Below the pieces are notes generated by a model that made no database searches, was not told the DNA's origin, and saw only the letters and a list, made by a program, of their open reading frames with translations. From the NCBI GenBank assembly GCA_026393955.1, contig JAPKZE010000057.1, forward strand, positions 1 to 34,072: a DNA stretch of 34,072 nt. Direction: 5' to 3'. This document shows positions 1 through 7,500 of the stretch, piece after piece. Positions within the stretch are counted from its first letter, which is position 1; every line of letters starts with the position of its first letter. Origin of the DNA: Candidatus Aminicenantes bacterium (GTDB taxonomy: Bacteria; Acidobacteriota; Aminicenantia; Aminicenantales; Saccharicenantaceae). The translations under genes were made by a program, and so were the position numbers.

Positions 1-187
1 TGGTGGAATTGGAAACGCTGTAATGGAATTGGAACGTGTGCCCGACCTGGACGTCGGCCGCGGACTCGATGATGTTGATGGTCACCGGCTGCGGCGGCGG
101 GTCGTCGTCATCGGGGGCCCCTCCCGGGCCGCACCCGGCCAGGATCAGGATGAGCACGGCGGGCAGCAGAAGCGCGGCTTTCTTCAT
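1..187 (-). CDS. Putative lipoprotein, N-terminal fragment (gene continues past the left edge)
   Basis: Absent from the ORF track because there is no stop in the window. The reverse complement of 1-187 reads MKKAALLLPAVLILILAGCGPGGAPDDDDPPPQPVTINIIESAADVQVGHTFQFHYSVSNST, giving a signal peptide plus an LAGC lipobox. ATG is at 187-185, with GAGAGAGG 6 nt upstream. Confidence 0.6.
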   Translation of the reverse strand, partial: MKKAALLLPAVLILILAGCGPGGAPDDDDPPPQPVTINIIESAADVQVGHTFQFHYSVSNST

Positions 188-285
188 GAGGGGCCTCTCT
201 CGTCAGAAAAGAACGGAACGCGGGTGTGCGGCAGGCGCAAAACCGGTGAGAAAGGCCTCCTGCCCCCGCGGCCCGACATGCCGCG

Positions 286-315
286 ATGATAGCGCCGGGC
301 TCGCCGGAGTGTCAA
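286..315 (-). promoter_or_regulatory. Candidate sigma70 promoter for the lipoprotein gene: TTGACA-18-TATCAT
   Basis: On the minus strand, -35 TTGACA is at 315-310 and -10 TATCAT at 291-286, with an 18-nt spacer. It starts 5 nt after the stop of the upstream gene and about 90 nt before the ATG at 187. Confidence 0.45.
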
Positions 316-319
316 GGGC

Positions 320-760
320 TCAGTTATCGCGGCGGATATCGACGCGGTCGAGCCCGTTCTCGTTGAATTCCTTCTCGTACTTCTCGATGAGCGGGCGCTC
401 CCGCTCCATGCCCTTCTCGGTGTAGATCTCGCCGAGGGCTTCTTCGCCGAACTTGCGGACATAGTCGCGGTCGGCCATGCGGTAGATGAGCTGGTCCCAG
501 AAGGAGTTGTCGCTGTAGAAATCGACCGTCTCGGTCATTTTCTCCTCGAGCTCGCCCGAGGGGATGGCCTTCTTGGTCTCCTCATCGAATTCGACGTAGT
601 CGCCCAGGCCGTGTTTATGGGCCGCTTCGAGGACGAGGCTCTCGACCTCGTCGTATTCCTCGATGACGTCGTCGGTCCGCCAGTCGTTGGCCATGCGGTT
701 GCCCAGGTAGACGACCTTGACCAGGGACGCCAGCTGTTCCTTCGTCAATTGGATGTTCAT
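320..760 (-). CDS. Hypothetical acidic cytoplasmic protein (146 aa), no family recognised
   Basis: The ORF track gives 320..994, but the Arg/Ala/Pro-rich N-terminal 78 aa look non-coding. The internal ATG at 760 (MNIQLTKEQLASLVK...) is preceded by GAGAGAGG. The remainder has protein-like, Glu/Asp/Lys/Tyr-rich composition. Confidence 0.7.
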   Translation of the reverse strand: MNIQLTKEQLASLVKVVYLGNRMANDWRTDDVIEEYDEVESLVLEAAHKHGLGDYVEFDEETKKAIPSGELEEKMTETVDFYSDNSFWDQLIYRMADRDYVRKFGEEALGEIYTEKGMERERPLIEKYEKEFNENGLDRVDIRRDN

Positions 761-779
761 CGCGGCCTCTCTCGGGAGA

Positions 780-808
780 AATATACCATTTTGAGCGGTT
801 TTCGCCAA
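780..808 (-). promoter_or_regulatory. Candidate promoter for the 320..760 gene: TTGGCG-17-TGgTATATT (extended -10)
   Basis: On the minus strand, -35 TTGGCG is at 808-803 and -10 TATATT at 785-780, preceded by TGG. The leader would be very short. Confidence 0.35.
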
Positions 809-844
809 ACCGGAGGCCCCGCCGGGGACCCCGTCGAGAGCACG

Positions 845-873
845 TTGACAGGCCGCCCGGCGGCGGCTATAGT
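845..873 (+). promoter_or_regulatory. Candidate sigma70 promoter for the creatininase-family gene: TTGACA-17-TATAGT
   Basis: TTGACA is at 845-850 and TATAGT at 868-873, with a 17-nt spacer. GAGGAGG at 894-900 is followed 8 nt later by the ATG at 909. Confidence 0.55.
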
Positions 874-908
874 TCGGTCTCGCCCATCCCTCCGAGGAGG
901 TTCGGCCC

Positions 909-1835
909 ATGAAGAAAAGCGGCTTGATCCTGACGGCCCTGATCGGTCTGGCGGCGGCATCCGGCGTTCTCGCCGCCGTCCCGCAGACGGCCAAGCCGGC
1001 CGCGGCGGCGCTCTCCGTCCGCTACGAAGAGCTGTCCTCGCCGGACTTCGTCCAGGCCGTGGCCCGCTCCGGCGGGACCTGCATCGTCCCCCTGGGCATC
1101 CTGGAGAAGCACGGCCCGCACCTGCCGCTCGGGACCGACCTCATCGACTGCCGCGAAGTCTCCTTGCGGGCCGCGGCCGCGGATTATGCCGTCGTCTTCC
1201 CGCCCTACTTCGTCGGCCAGATCTTCGAGGCCAAGCACCAGCCGGGAACGATCGCCTACGGCAGCCGGATGATGTTCGACATCCTCCAGCAGACCTGCGA
1301 CGAGCTGGCCCGCAACGGCTTCAAGAAGATCGTCCTGGTCAACGGGCACGGCGGCAACGACGCCTTCCTCCACTTCTTCTGCCAGTCCCAGCTCGAGGCG
1401 CGCCACGACTACGTCGTCTACCTCTTCGAGCCCTCCGAAGACGAGGCGACCAAGGCGAAGCTGGACAAGATGCGGAAGACCGCGGTCGACGGGCACGCCG
1501 GCGAGGAGGAGACCTCGGTCATGCTGGCCCATCACCCCGGGCTCGTCCGGCTCGACCGGGCCGGGGCCGAGAGCGGCGAAGACCAGAAGCGCCAGGCCGG
1601 TCTGACGAACGCCTACACGGGCATCTGGTGGTACGCGGGACAGCCCAACCACTATCGCGGCGACGGCAGCGCCGGGAACGCGGAGTTCGGCCGGGCGCTG
1701 ATCGAGGCAGAGACGGCGGCGCTGGTCGAGATGGTCCGGTCGGTGAAGAAGGACACGGTCACGGCCGAGCTCCAGAAGAAGTTCTTCGACGACGCGGCCA
1801 AGCCCCTCGAGACGAAGCCCTTCGTGAGGAAGTGA
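909..1835 (+). CDS. Creatininase / creatinine amidohydrolase family protein (PF02633-like) with N-terminal signal peptide
   Basis: Family motifs EKHGPHLPLGTD, VNGHGGN and DGHAGEEETS are present. The N-terminus MKKSGLILTALIGLAAASGVLAAV looks like a secretion signal or anchor. A strong SD and a promoter lie upstream. Confidence 0.8.
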   Translation: MKKSGLILTALIGLAAASGVLAAVPQTAKPAAAALSVRYEELSSPDFVQAVARSGGTCIVPLGILEKHGPHLPLGTDLIDCREVSLRAAAADYAVVFPPYFVGQIFEAKHQPGTIAYGSRMMFDILQQTCDELARNGFKKIVLVNGHGGNDAFLHFFCQSQLEARHDYVVYLFEPSEDEATKAKLDKMRKTAVDGHAGEEETSVMLAHHPGLVRLDRAGAESGEDQKRQAGLTNAYTGIWWYAGQPNHYRGDGSAGNAEFGRALIEAETAALVEMVRSVKKDTVTAELQKKFFDDAAKPLETKPFVRK

Positions 1836-1914
1836 TGAAGCGCCTGATCGTCATGCCGGGGCGGCTCATCCGGGGTGACGAGTGAGATATAATGGAGTTC
1901 CGGGAGGAACCGAC

Positions 1915-3060
1915 ATGAGATCAACGACGCATAGGACCGTCATTCTGGGCACGATCGCGCTGGGCCTCGCTCTCTTTGCCTGCGCCGACACCGGCCGGGA
2001 CCGAACGGAAGCGGAGCCCGTCCCCGCCGTCGCGAGCGCCCCGGCGCAAACGCCGCAGGCCGCCCCCCCGGCCTCGGGGAAAGCCCGGCTGAGCGAGGAC
2101 GAGCTGAACACCATCGAGGTCGTCCGCAAGACCAAGAACTCCGTCGTCTATATCACCAACCTCCAGTACGTCCGCGACTTCTTCTACTCGTCCGACCAGC
2201 CCGTGCCGCGGGGCAGCGGCTCCGGCTTCGTCTGGGACGACGCCGGCCACCTCGTGACCAACTTCCACGTCATCGACGAGGGCGACAAGTTCATGGTCAG
2301 CCTGCCCGACCAGCGCCAGGTCGAGGCCACGCTCGTCGGCCGCGACCCGACCAAGGACATCGCCGTCCTCAAGCTCGGCCAGAAGGTCGACGGGCTGGAG
2401 CCGGTCGCGATCGGGACCTCGCGCGACCTCCAGGTCGGCCAGAAGGTCATCGCCATCGGCAACCCGTTCGGTCTGGACCACACGGTCACCAAGGGCATCG
2501 TCAGCGCCTTGGGCCGGAGCATGCTCGGCGCCGGGAACTTCACCATCCGGGACATGATCCAGACCGACGCCTCGATCAATCCGGGCAATTCGGGGGGTCC
2601 GCTCCTGGATTCAGCCGGCGAGCTCATCGGGATGAACACGGCCATCATCAGTCCCTCCGGCGCCTCGAGCGGACTCGGGTTTGCCATCCCCGTGGACACC
2701 ATCAAGAAGATCGTGCCCCAGATCATCCAGTTCGGGAAGGTCATCCGGCCGGACATCGGCGGGGTCCAATTCGTGCGGGACGAGGTGGCCCGGCGGGCCA
2801 AGATCGAAGGGGCGGTCGTCCTCCAGGTCGCCCGGGACAGCCGGGCCTACGATCTCGGCCTGCGCGGCCTCTACCGGGACAATTACGGGCGGCTTCTCAT
2901 CCGCGACGTTGTCACGGCGATCGACCTGATGAAGACCAAGTCCTACGACGACCTGTTCACCGCCCTGGACGGCTACAAGATCGGCGACACGGTGACGCTC
3001 ACGGTCACGCGCGAGGACAAGACGCGGAAGGTGACGATCCAGCTGGCCGGCACCGACTGA
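1915..3060 (+). CDS. htrA: HtrA/DegP-family (S1C) serine protease with C-terminal PDZ domain
   Basis: The catalytic triad contexts are TNFHVI, DIAVLK and GNSGGPL, with a PDZ-like C-terminus. The ORF track starts at GTG 1882. I prefer ATG 1915 (MRSTTHRTVILGTIALGLALFAC), which has GGGAGG at 1902-1907. A possible lipobox is LFAC. Confidence 0.9.
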   Translation: MRSTTHRTVILGTIALGLALFACADTGRDRTEAEPVPAVASAPAQTPQAAPPASGKARLSEDELNTIEVVRKTKNSVVYITNLQYVRDFFYSSDQPVPRGSGSGFVWDDAGHLVTNFHVIDEGDKFMVSLPDQRQVEATLVGRDPTKDIAVLKLGQKVDGLEPVAIGTSRDLQVGQKVIAIGNPFGLDHTVTKGIVSALGRSMLGAGNFTIRDMIQTDASINPGNSGGPLLDSAGELIGMNTAIISPSGASSGLGFAIPVDTIKKIVPQIIQFGKVIRPDIGGVQFVRDEVARRAKIEGAVVLQVARDSRAYDLGLRGLYRDNYGRLLIRDVVTAIDLMKTKSYDDLFTALDGYKIGDTVTLTVTREDKTRKVTIQLAGTD

Positions 3061-3062
3061 GC

Positions 3063-3917
3063 CTATTTTTTCAAGGGAACGATCCCGGCCATATCGCCGA
3101 TGACGTTGACCAGGTCCCTGTCCGACGGCACGATGATCTTGGCGTTGCCCTGAAGGGCCGTCTCGAGCGCCTGGAGCCGGCGCAGGACCTGGGCGTTGCC
3201 GACGAAGTACTTCTCGGCGGCCTCGTTGACCAGGCGGATGGCTTCGGCCTCGCCCTGGGCCTCGAGGATCTTGGCCTGCCGGACCCCCTCGGCTTTCTTG
3301 ATCTCGGCCCGCCGCTCACCGTCGGCGACCGTCTCTCGCGCCGTGGCGAAGTCGACCGCGGCGATCTTCTCGTTCTCCGCCTTGACGACCTTGTTCATCG
3401 TCTCCTGGACGTCCTTGGGCGGGTCGATCTCCTTGAGCTCGGTCCGGACGATGTCGATGCCCCAACGGGCCGCTTCCGCGGACAGGGTCTTGAGAAGCTC
3501 GTCGTTGATCTTGCCCCGCTCGCTGTTGGCCGACTTGAGGGTCAGGGTGCCGATGATGTTGCGCAGCGTCGTCCGGGCCAGGTTGACGATCTGCCATTGG
3601 AAATTGTTGACGTTGTACTGCGAGGCCTTGACGCTCGGCTCGTCTTCCTTGACCCGGAAGTAGACCTGGGCGTCGACCCGGGCGTTGAGGTTGTCGTTGG
3701 TGATGATCTCCTGGGGCGCGGCGTCGACCATCATCTCGGTGATGTTGATCTGGCGCATCGTCTCGATGACGGGGATGATCCAGCTGAGGCCGGGCATGGC
3801 AAAGCGGTTATAGCGCCCCAGCCGCTCGATGAGCCCGCGGTGCGTCGGCCGGACGATCCGGATGCCGGCCAGAAAGATGAAGATGATGACGGCGGCGATC
3901 CAAAGATAAATGGCCAT
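3063..3917 (-). CDS. SPFH / band-7 (stomatin-prohibitin-like) membrane protein
   Basis: There is an N-terminal TM helix (MAIYLWIAAVIIFIFLAGI). It is followed by IVRPTHRGLIERLGRY...TNDNLNARVDAQVYFRV and a coiled-coil Ala/Glu-rich tail typical of the SPFH domain. Confidence 0.88.
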   Translation of the reverse strand: MAIYLWIAAVIIFIFLAGIRIVRPTHRGLIERLGRYNRFAMPGLSWIIPVIETMRQINITEMMVDAAPQEIITNDNLNARVDAQVYFRVKEDEPSVKASQYNVNNFQWQIVNLARTTLRNIIGTLTLKSANSERGKINDELLKTLSAEAARWGIDIVRTELKEIDPPKDVQETMNKVVKAENEKIAAVDFATARETVADGERRAEIKKAEGVRQAKILEAQGEAEAIRLVNEAAEKYFVGNAQVLRRLQALETALQGNAKIIVPSDRDLVNVIGDMAGIVPLKK

Positions 3918-3949
3918 GTGTGTCCTCCCCTCGGTGATGTAGCCTTTTA

Positions 3950-3978
3950 AATATCGCTCCGCCCCCCGGCGATGTCAA
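3950..3978 (-). promoter_or_regulatory. Candidate sigma70 promoter for the SPFH gene: TTGACA-17-GATATT
   Basis: On the minus strand, TTGACA is at 3978-3973 and GATATT at 3955-3950, with a 17-nt spacer. GAGGGGAGG lies before the ATG at 3917. Confidence 0.45.
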
Positions 3979-4023
3979 CGAAGAAGGGGGCTAGATAAAT
4001 ATACGGCCCCGGCCGGCCAGGGT

Positions 4024-4740
4024 TCACATCTTCCAGGTGCCGGAGACGATGAGATTCGTTCCGGTGACGGCGGCCGCGGCGTCCGAGGCGCAATAGGCCA
4101 CCGCCGCGGCGACGTCCTCGAATGTCCCGAGCTGGGACTCGGTGATATTCCGGGCCTGCGGCAGGGCGCCGCCCCGGATGAGCCCGGGGGAGACCATGTT
4201 GACCGTGATGCCGTTCCCGACCTCCGCGACGGCCGCCGTGCGGGTCAGCGTGAGCAGGCCGGTCTTGGCCACGGCGTAGGGGGCGATCGTCGGGAAGGAA
4301 CCGATCTGCTCGGCCCGGCTGTAGCCGATGTTGACGACCCTCCCCCACTTCCGTTTGCGCATGCCCGGCAGGGCCGCCTTCATGCAGAAATAGGGCCCGA
4401 GGAGGTTGCCCCGCAGGGCCCGCTCCCAATCGGCGACCTCGAGCTGGTCCCAGGGCTTGACCAGGAACGGACCGACGTTGTTGACGAGGACATCGACGCG
4501 GGCGAACCTCTCCTCGACCTTCTTGACCAGCCCCGCGGCCTGGGCCTTCTTGGTCAGGTCGGCCCGAAAGATAGCCGAGAGCTTGCCCTTCTCTCGGATG
4601 GCCGCGGCCAGCTCCTGCGCTTCGTCGCGCCGGCTGAAGTAATGGACGGCCACGCCCGAGACGTCCTCGGCCAGCCGCAGGGCGATGGCCCGGCCGATGC
4701 CGCGGCTGGCCCCGGTGACGAGGGCGATCCGCAGGCTCAT
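4024..4740 (-). CDS. Short-chain dehydrogenase/reductase (FabG-like SDR)
   Basis: The cofactor motif TGASRGIGRAIA is present, with catalytic Ser in NIGYS and YAVAK (YxxxK). The gene starts 4 nt after the HAL stop, suggesting translational coupling. Confidence 0.88.
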   Translation of the reverse strand: MSLRIALVTGASRGIGRAIALRLAEDVSGVAVHYFSRRDEAQELAAAIREKGKLSAIFRADLTKKAQAAGLVKKVEERFARVDVLVNNVGPFLVKPWDQLEVADWERALRGNLLGPYFCMKAALPGMRKRKWGRVVNIGYSRAEQIGSFPTIAPYAVAKTGLLTLTRTAAVAEVGNGITVNMVSPGLIRGGALPQARNITESQLGTFEDVAAAVAYCASDAAAAVTGTNLIVSGTWKM

Positions 4741-4744
4741 GGCG

Positions 4745-6268
4745 TCACGCCAGGGTCCCGACGGCCTTCTCGACCGCGTCGAGGATCTCGCCCGACTCGA
4801 CGACCTCCTTGAGCTTGTTGATGTCGTCGTAGAGCGGCCGGTCCTCTTCGAGGTGGGCGACGTACTTGCGGATGACCTCGTGGGCCGCCTGGATGCCCTT
4901 GCCCGGCTTGTGGGGGGCGCGGAAATCGACGGCTTGGGCCCCGGCCATGAGCTCGATGGCCAGCACGGCCTGGGCGTTGTCGATGATCTGGCGCGTCTTG
5001 AGGGCCGTGGTCATCCCCATGCTGACGAAGTCCTCCTGGTCGGCCGCGGCCGGGATGGAGCCGGTCGCCGCCGGGTGGCACAGGATGCGGTTCTCGCAGA
5101 TGAGGGCCCCGGCCGTGTACTGGGTCAGCATCAGGCCGGAGAACATCCCGGCGCCCTTGGTCAGGAAGGCCGGCAGGCCGGCGTTGAGGTGCGGGTTCAT
5201 CAACCGGTTGTGGCGCCTCTCGGACAGGACGGCGATGGTGGTCACCGAGGTCCCCAGGAGCTCGAGCGGCAGGGCCAGGGGCACGCCCTGGAAATTGGCC
5301 CCGGTCAGGACGAGCTGCTCGTCCGGGAAGAAGACGGGGTTGTCGGCCGCGCCGTTGAGCTCGATCTCGATCATGTACCGGGCCCACTTGAGCGCGTCGC
5401 GCGCGGCGCCGACGACCTGGGGCGTGCTGCGGAGACTGTAGGCGTCCTGGACCTTTTTCCCCGGCTGGGCCAGAAGCTCGCTGCCCTCGGTGATGCGCCG
5501 GACGTTGGCGGCCGATTCGAGGGCGCCGGGATAGCCCCGGGTCTTGTGGATGCGCTCGTCGTAAGCTTTCATGTTGGCGTTGAGGACCTCGAGCGTCATG
5601 GCCGCGGCGATCTCGGACATCTTCAGCCAGCGGTGGACGTCGTGGACGGTCAGGGCCGCCATGCCGGCGATGACGTTCGAGCCGTTGATCATGGCCAGGC
5701 CGTCGCGGGCGTGGAGGACGATGGGCTCGATGCCGGCCCGCTTGAGGGCCTCGGCGCCGGCCAGGCGCTCGCCCTTGTAGAAGGCCTCGCCCTCGCCCAT
5801 CGGCACGAGGGCCATCTGGGCCATCGGCGACAGGTCGCCGCAGGCGCCGACCGAGCCCTTCTCGCACATGACCGGCGTGACGCCCTTGTTGAGGAGCTCG
5901 ATCATCGTCTCGGTGACGACCGGGCGCAGGCCGGAGTGGCCGTGGCAGTGGCAGCTGATCCGGCTGAGAATGGCCGCCCGGACGATCTCCTCGGGCATGG
6001 GCTTGCCGAAGCCGGCGGCGTGGCTGTAAATGATATAGCGCTGGTACTGCTCGACCTGCTCCTGGGTCAGGACAACGTTGGCCAGCTCGCCGATGCCGGT
6101 GTTGACGCCGTACATGATCTCTTTCTTCTGGATCTTGTCCTCGAGCAGGGCCCGGCACTTCACGATCCGCTTCCGGGCCTCGGGATCGAGGGCGACGGGC
6201 TCGCGGCCGCGGGCCACCTGGACGACTTTATCGACGGTCAGACCGGTGCCTGTCAGGTTCAAAGCCAT
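4745..6268 (-). CDS. hutH: Histidine ammonia-lyase family (MIO-dependent aromatic amino acid lyase) with Ala-Cys-Gly triad
   Basis: Family motifs are YGVNTGIG, IIYSHAAGFG (HAL-type Ser-His selectivity pair), GSVGACGDLSPMAQ, INGSN and QDAYSLRSTPQV. The ORF track starts at 6310. ATG 6268 (MALNLTGTGLTV) is preceded by GAGGAGG and gives a HAL-typical 507 aa. Confidence 0.85.
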   Translation of the reverse strand: MALNLTGTGLTVDKVVQVARGREPVALDPEARKRIVKCRALLEDKIQKKEIMYGVNTGIGELANVVLTQEQVEQYQRYIIYSHAAGFGKPMPEEIVRAAILSRISCHCHGHSGLRPVVTETMIELLNKGVTPVMCEKGSVGACGDLSPMAQMALVPMGEGEAFYKGERLAGAEALKRAGIEPIVLHARDGLAMINGSNVIAGMAALTVHDVHRWLKMSEIAAAMTLEVLNANMKAYDERIHKTRGYPGALESAANVRRITEGSELLAQPGKKVQDAYSLRSTPQVVGAARDALKWARYMIEIELNGAADNPVFFPDEQLVLTGANFQGVPLALPLELLGTSVTTIAVLSERRHNRLMNPHLNAGLPAFLTKGAGMFSGLMLTQYTAGALICENRILCHPAATGSIPAAADQEDFVSMGMTTALKTRQIIDNAQAVLAIELMAGAQAVDFRAPHKPGKGIQAAHEVIRKYVAHLEEDRPLYDDINKLKEVVESGEILDAVEKAVGTLA

Positions 6269-6323
6269 GGGAACGCCTCCTCGGTTGTGATGGTCAGGGT
6301 CGTGGTTCATAGCGGGCCCAGAT

Positions 6324-6352
6324 ACTTTAGCTGAAGTTCAAGATGGGGTCAA
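6324..6352 (-). promoter_or_regulatory. Candidate sigma70 promoter for the HAL-SDR operon: TTGACC-17-TAAAGT
   Basis: On the minus strand, TTGACC is at 6352-6347 and TAAAGT at 6329-6324, with a 17-nt spacer. This gives a leader of about 50 nt to the ATG at 6268. Confidence 0.4.
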
Positions 6353-6360
6353 ACCCCCAA

Positions 6361-6441
6361 AAGAAGGGACCTGGTCTTCGCAACCGACTATTGGGGCTCC
6401 GGAACGGCCAAGCTGGCGTTGCGAAGACCAGGTCCCTTCTT
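6361..6441. repeat. Perfect 24-bp inverted repeat with 33-nt spacer between divergent promoters
   Basis: aagaagggacctggtcttcgcaac (6361-6384) is the exact reverse complement of gttgcgaagaccaggtcccttctt (6418-6441). Confidence 0.95.
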
Positions 6442-6442
6442 G

Positions 6443-6473
6443 TTGCCTGCCCTGGCGCGGCTGTGCTATAAAT
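6443..6473 (+). promoter_or_regulatory. Candidate sigma70 promoter for tdh: TTGCCT-18-TGcTATAAAT (extended -10)
   Basis: TTGCCT is at 6443-6448 and TGCTATAAA at 6464-6472. GGAG lies about 10 nt before the ATG at 6517. Confidence 0.5.
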
Positions 6474-6516
6474 ATCCTTCTGTTCGTTGATCTCACCTTG
6501 AACGGAGCCGACGACA

Positions 6517-7494
6517 ATGGCCAAAGAGACGAAGCGAGTCCTGATGACCGGCGCGGCCGGGCAGATCGGCTCCGAGCTGGCCCAGGCCCTGCGCGCGAAA
6601 TACGGCCGCGACAACGTCCTCGTCACGGATGTCGTCCGCCCCCCGGCCGTCCTGGCCGAGTCCGGGCCCTTCGAGCTCGTCGACGTCACCAACCGGTCCG
6701 CCCTCGACGGCCTCATCGGGAAGTTCGGCGCCGACACCGTCTACCACCTGGCCGCCCTGCTCTCCGCGACGGGCGAGAAGAACCCCCAGAAGGCCTGGGA
6801 CGTCAACATGAACGGGCTCTACAACATCCTCGAGATCGGCCGGGCCCGCGGGCTCGTCCGCATCTTCTCGCCGAGCTCGATCGCCGTCTTCGGCCCGTCC
6901 ACCCCCCGCGAAAGGACGCCCCAGGACACCGTCCTCGGCCCGTCCACGATGTACGGCGTCACCAAGGTCGCCGGCGAACTGCTGGCCGACTACTACGTCC
7001 GGAAATACGGCCTCGATGTCCGCGGCTGCCGCTATCCCGGCATCATCAGCCACCTGACCCTACCCGGCGGCGGCACGACCGACTACGCCGTCGCGATCTA
7101 CTACGAGGCCGTCAAGCACGGCCGCTACACCTGCTTCCTCCGCGAGGACACGCGCCTGCCGATGATGTACATGCCCGACTGCCTCAAGTGCACGCTCGAT
7201 TTGATGGACGCGGACTTCGCCCGCCTGAGCTACCATGCGGGCTTCAATGTCACGGCCATGAGCTTCTCGGCCGGCGAGCTGGCCGCCGAGATCCGCAAGC
7301 ACGTCCCCGGCTTCGAAGTGCGCTACGAGCCGGACTTCCGGCAGGCCATCGCCGACTCCTGGCCGGCCTCGATCGACGACAGCGCGGCGAGGGCCGAATG
7401 GGACTGGAAGCCGGACTACGACCTGGCCGCGATGACGGTGGACATGCTGGCCGCTCTCAGGGCCCGCTACGCGGCGGGTACGCTCGGCGTCTGA
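6517..7494 (+). CDS. tdh: L-threonine 3-dehydrogenase, SDR/UDP-galactose-4-epimerase-like type
   Basis: The NAD motif is TGAAGQIGSEL. The sequence also has STMYGVTKVAGELL (YxxxK), PGIISHLTLPGGGTTDYAV and RLPMMYMPDC. These closely resemble my recollection of eukaryotic/Flavobacterium-type TDH. Confidence 0.8.
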   Translation: MAKETKRVLMTGAAGQIGSELAQALRAKYGRDNVLVTDVVRPPAVLAESGPFELVDVTNRSALDGLIGKFGADTVYHLAALLSATGEKNPQKAWDVNMNGLYNILEIGRARGLVRIFSPSSIAVFGPSTPRERTPQDTVLGPSTMYGVTKVAGELLADYYVRKYGLDVRGCRYPGIISHLTLPGGGTTDYAVAIYYEAVKHGRYTCFLREDTRLPMMYMPDCLKCTLDLMDADFARLSYHAGFNVTAMSFSAGELAAEIRKHVPGFEVRYEPDFRQAIADSWPASIDDSAARAEWDWKPDYDLAAMTVDMLAALRARYAAGTLGV

Positions 7495-7500
7495 ACCAGC

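Noticed and set aside
4685-6334. 549-aa antisense ORF and 473-aa same-strand out-of-frame ORF (4737..6158) over the HAL gene. Analogous long shadow ORFs lie over the cyclase (16625..18796), SpoIID (9064..10704, 8522..10228), Lon-like (30539..32896), sigma54 regulator (15053..16141) and lysS (26854..28431, 26852..27925) genes.
   Set aside because: All are Arg/Pro/Gly/Asp-rich without motifs, and each overlaps a frame with strong family signatures.
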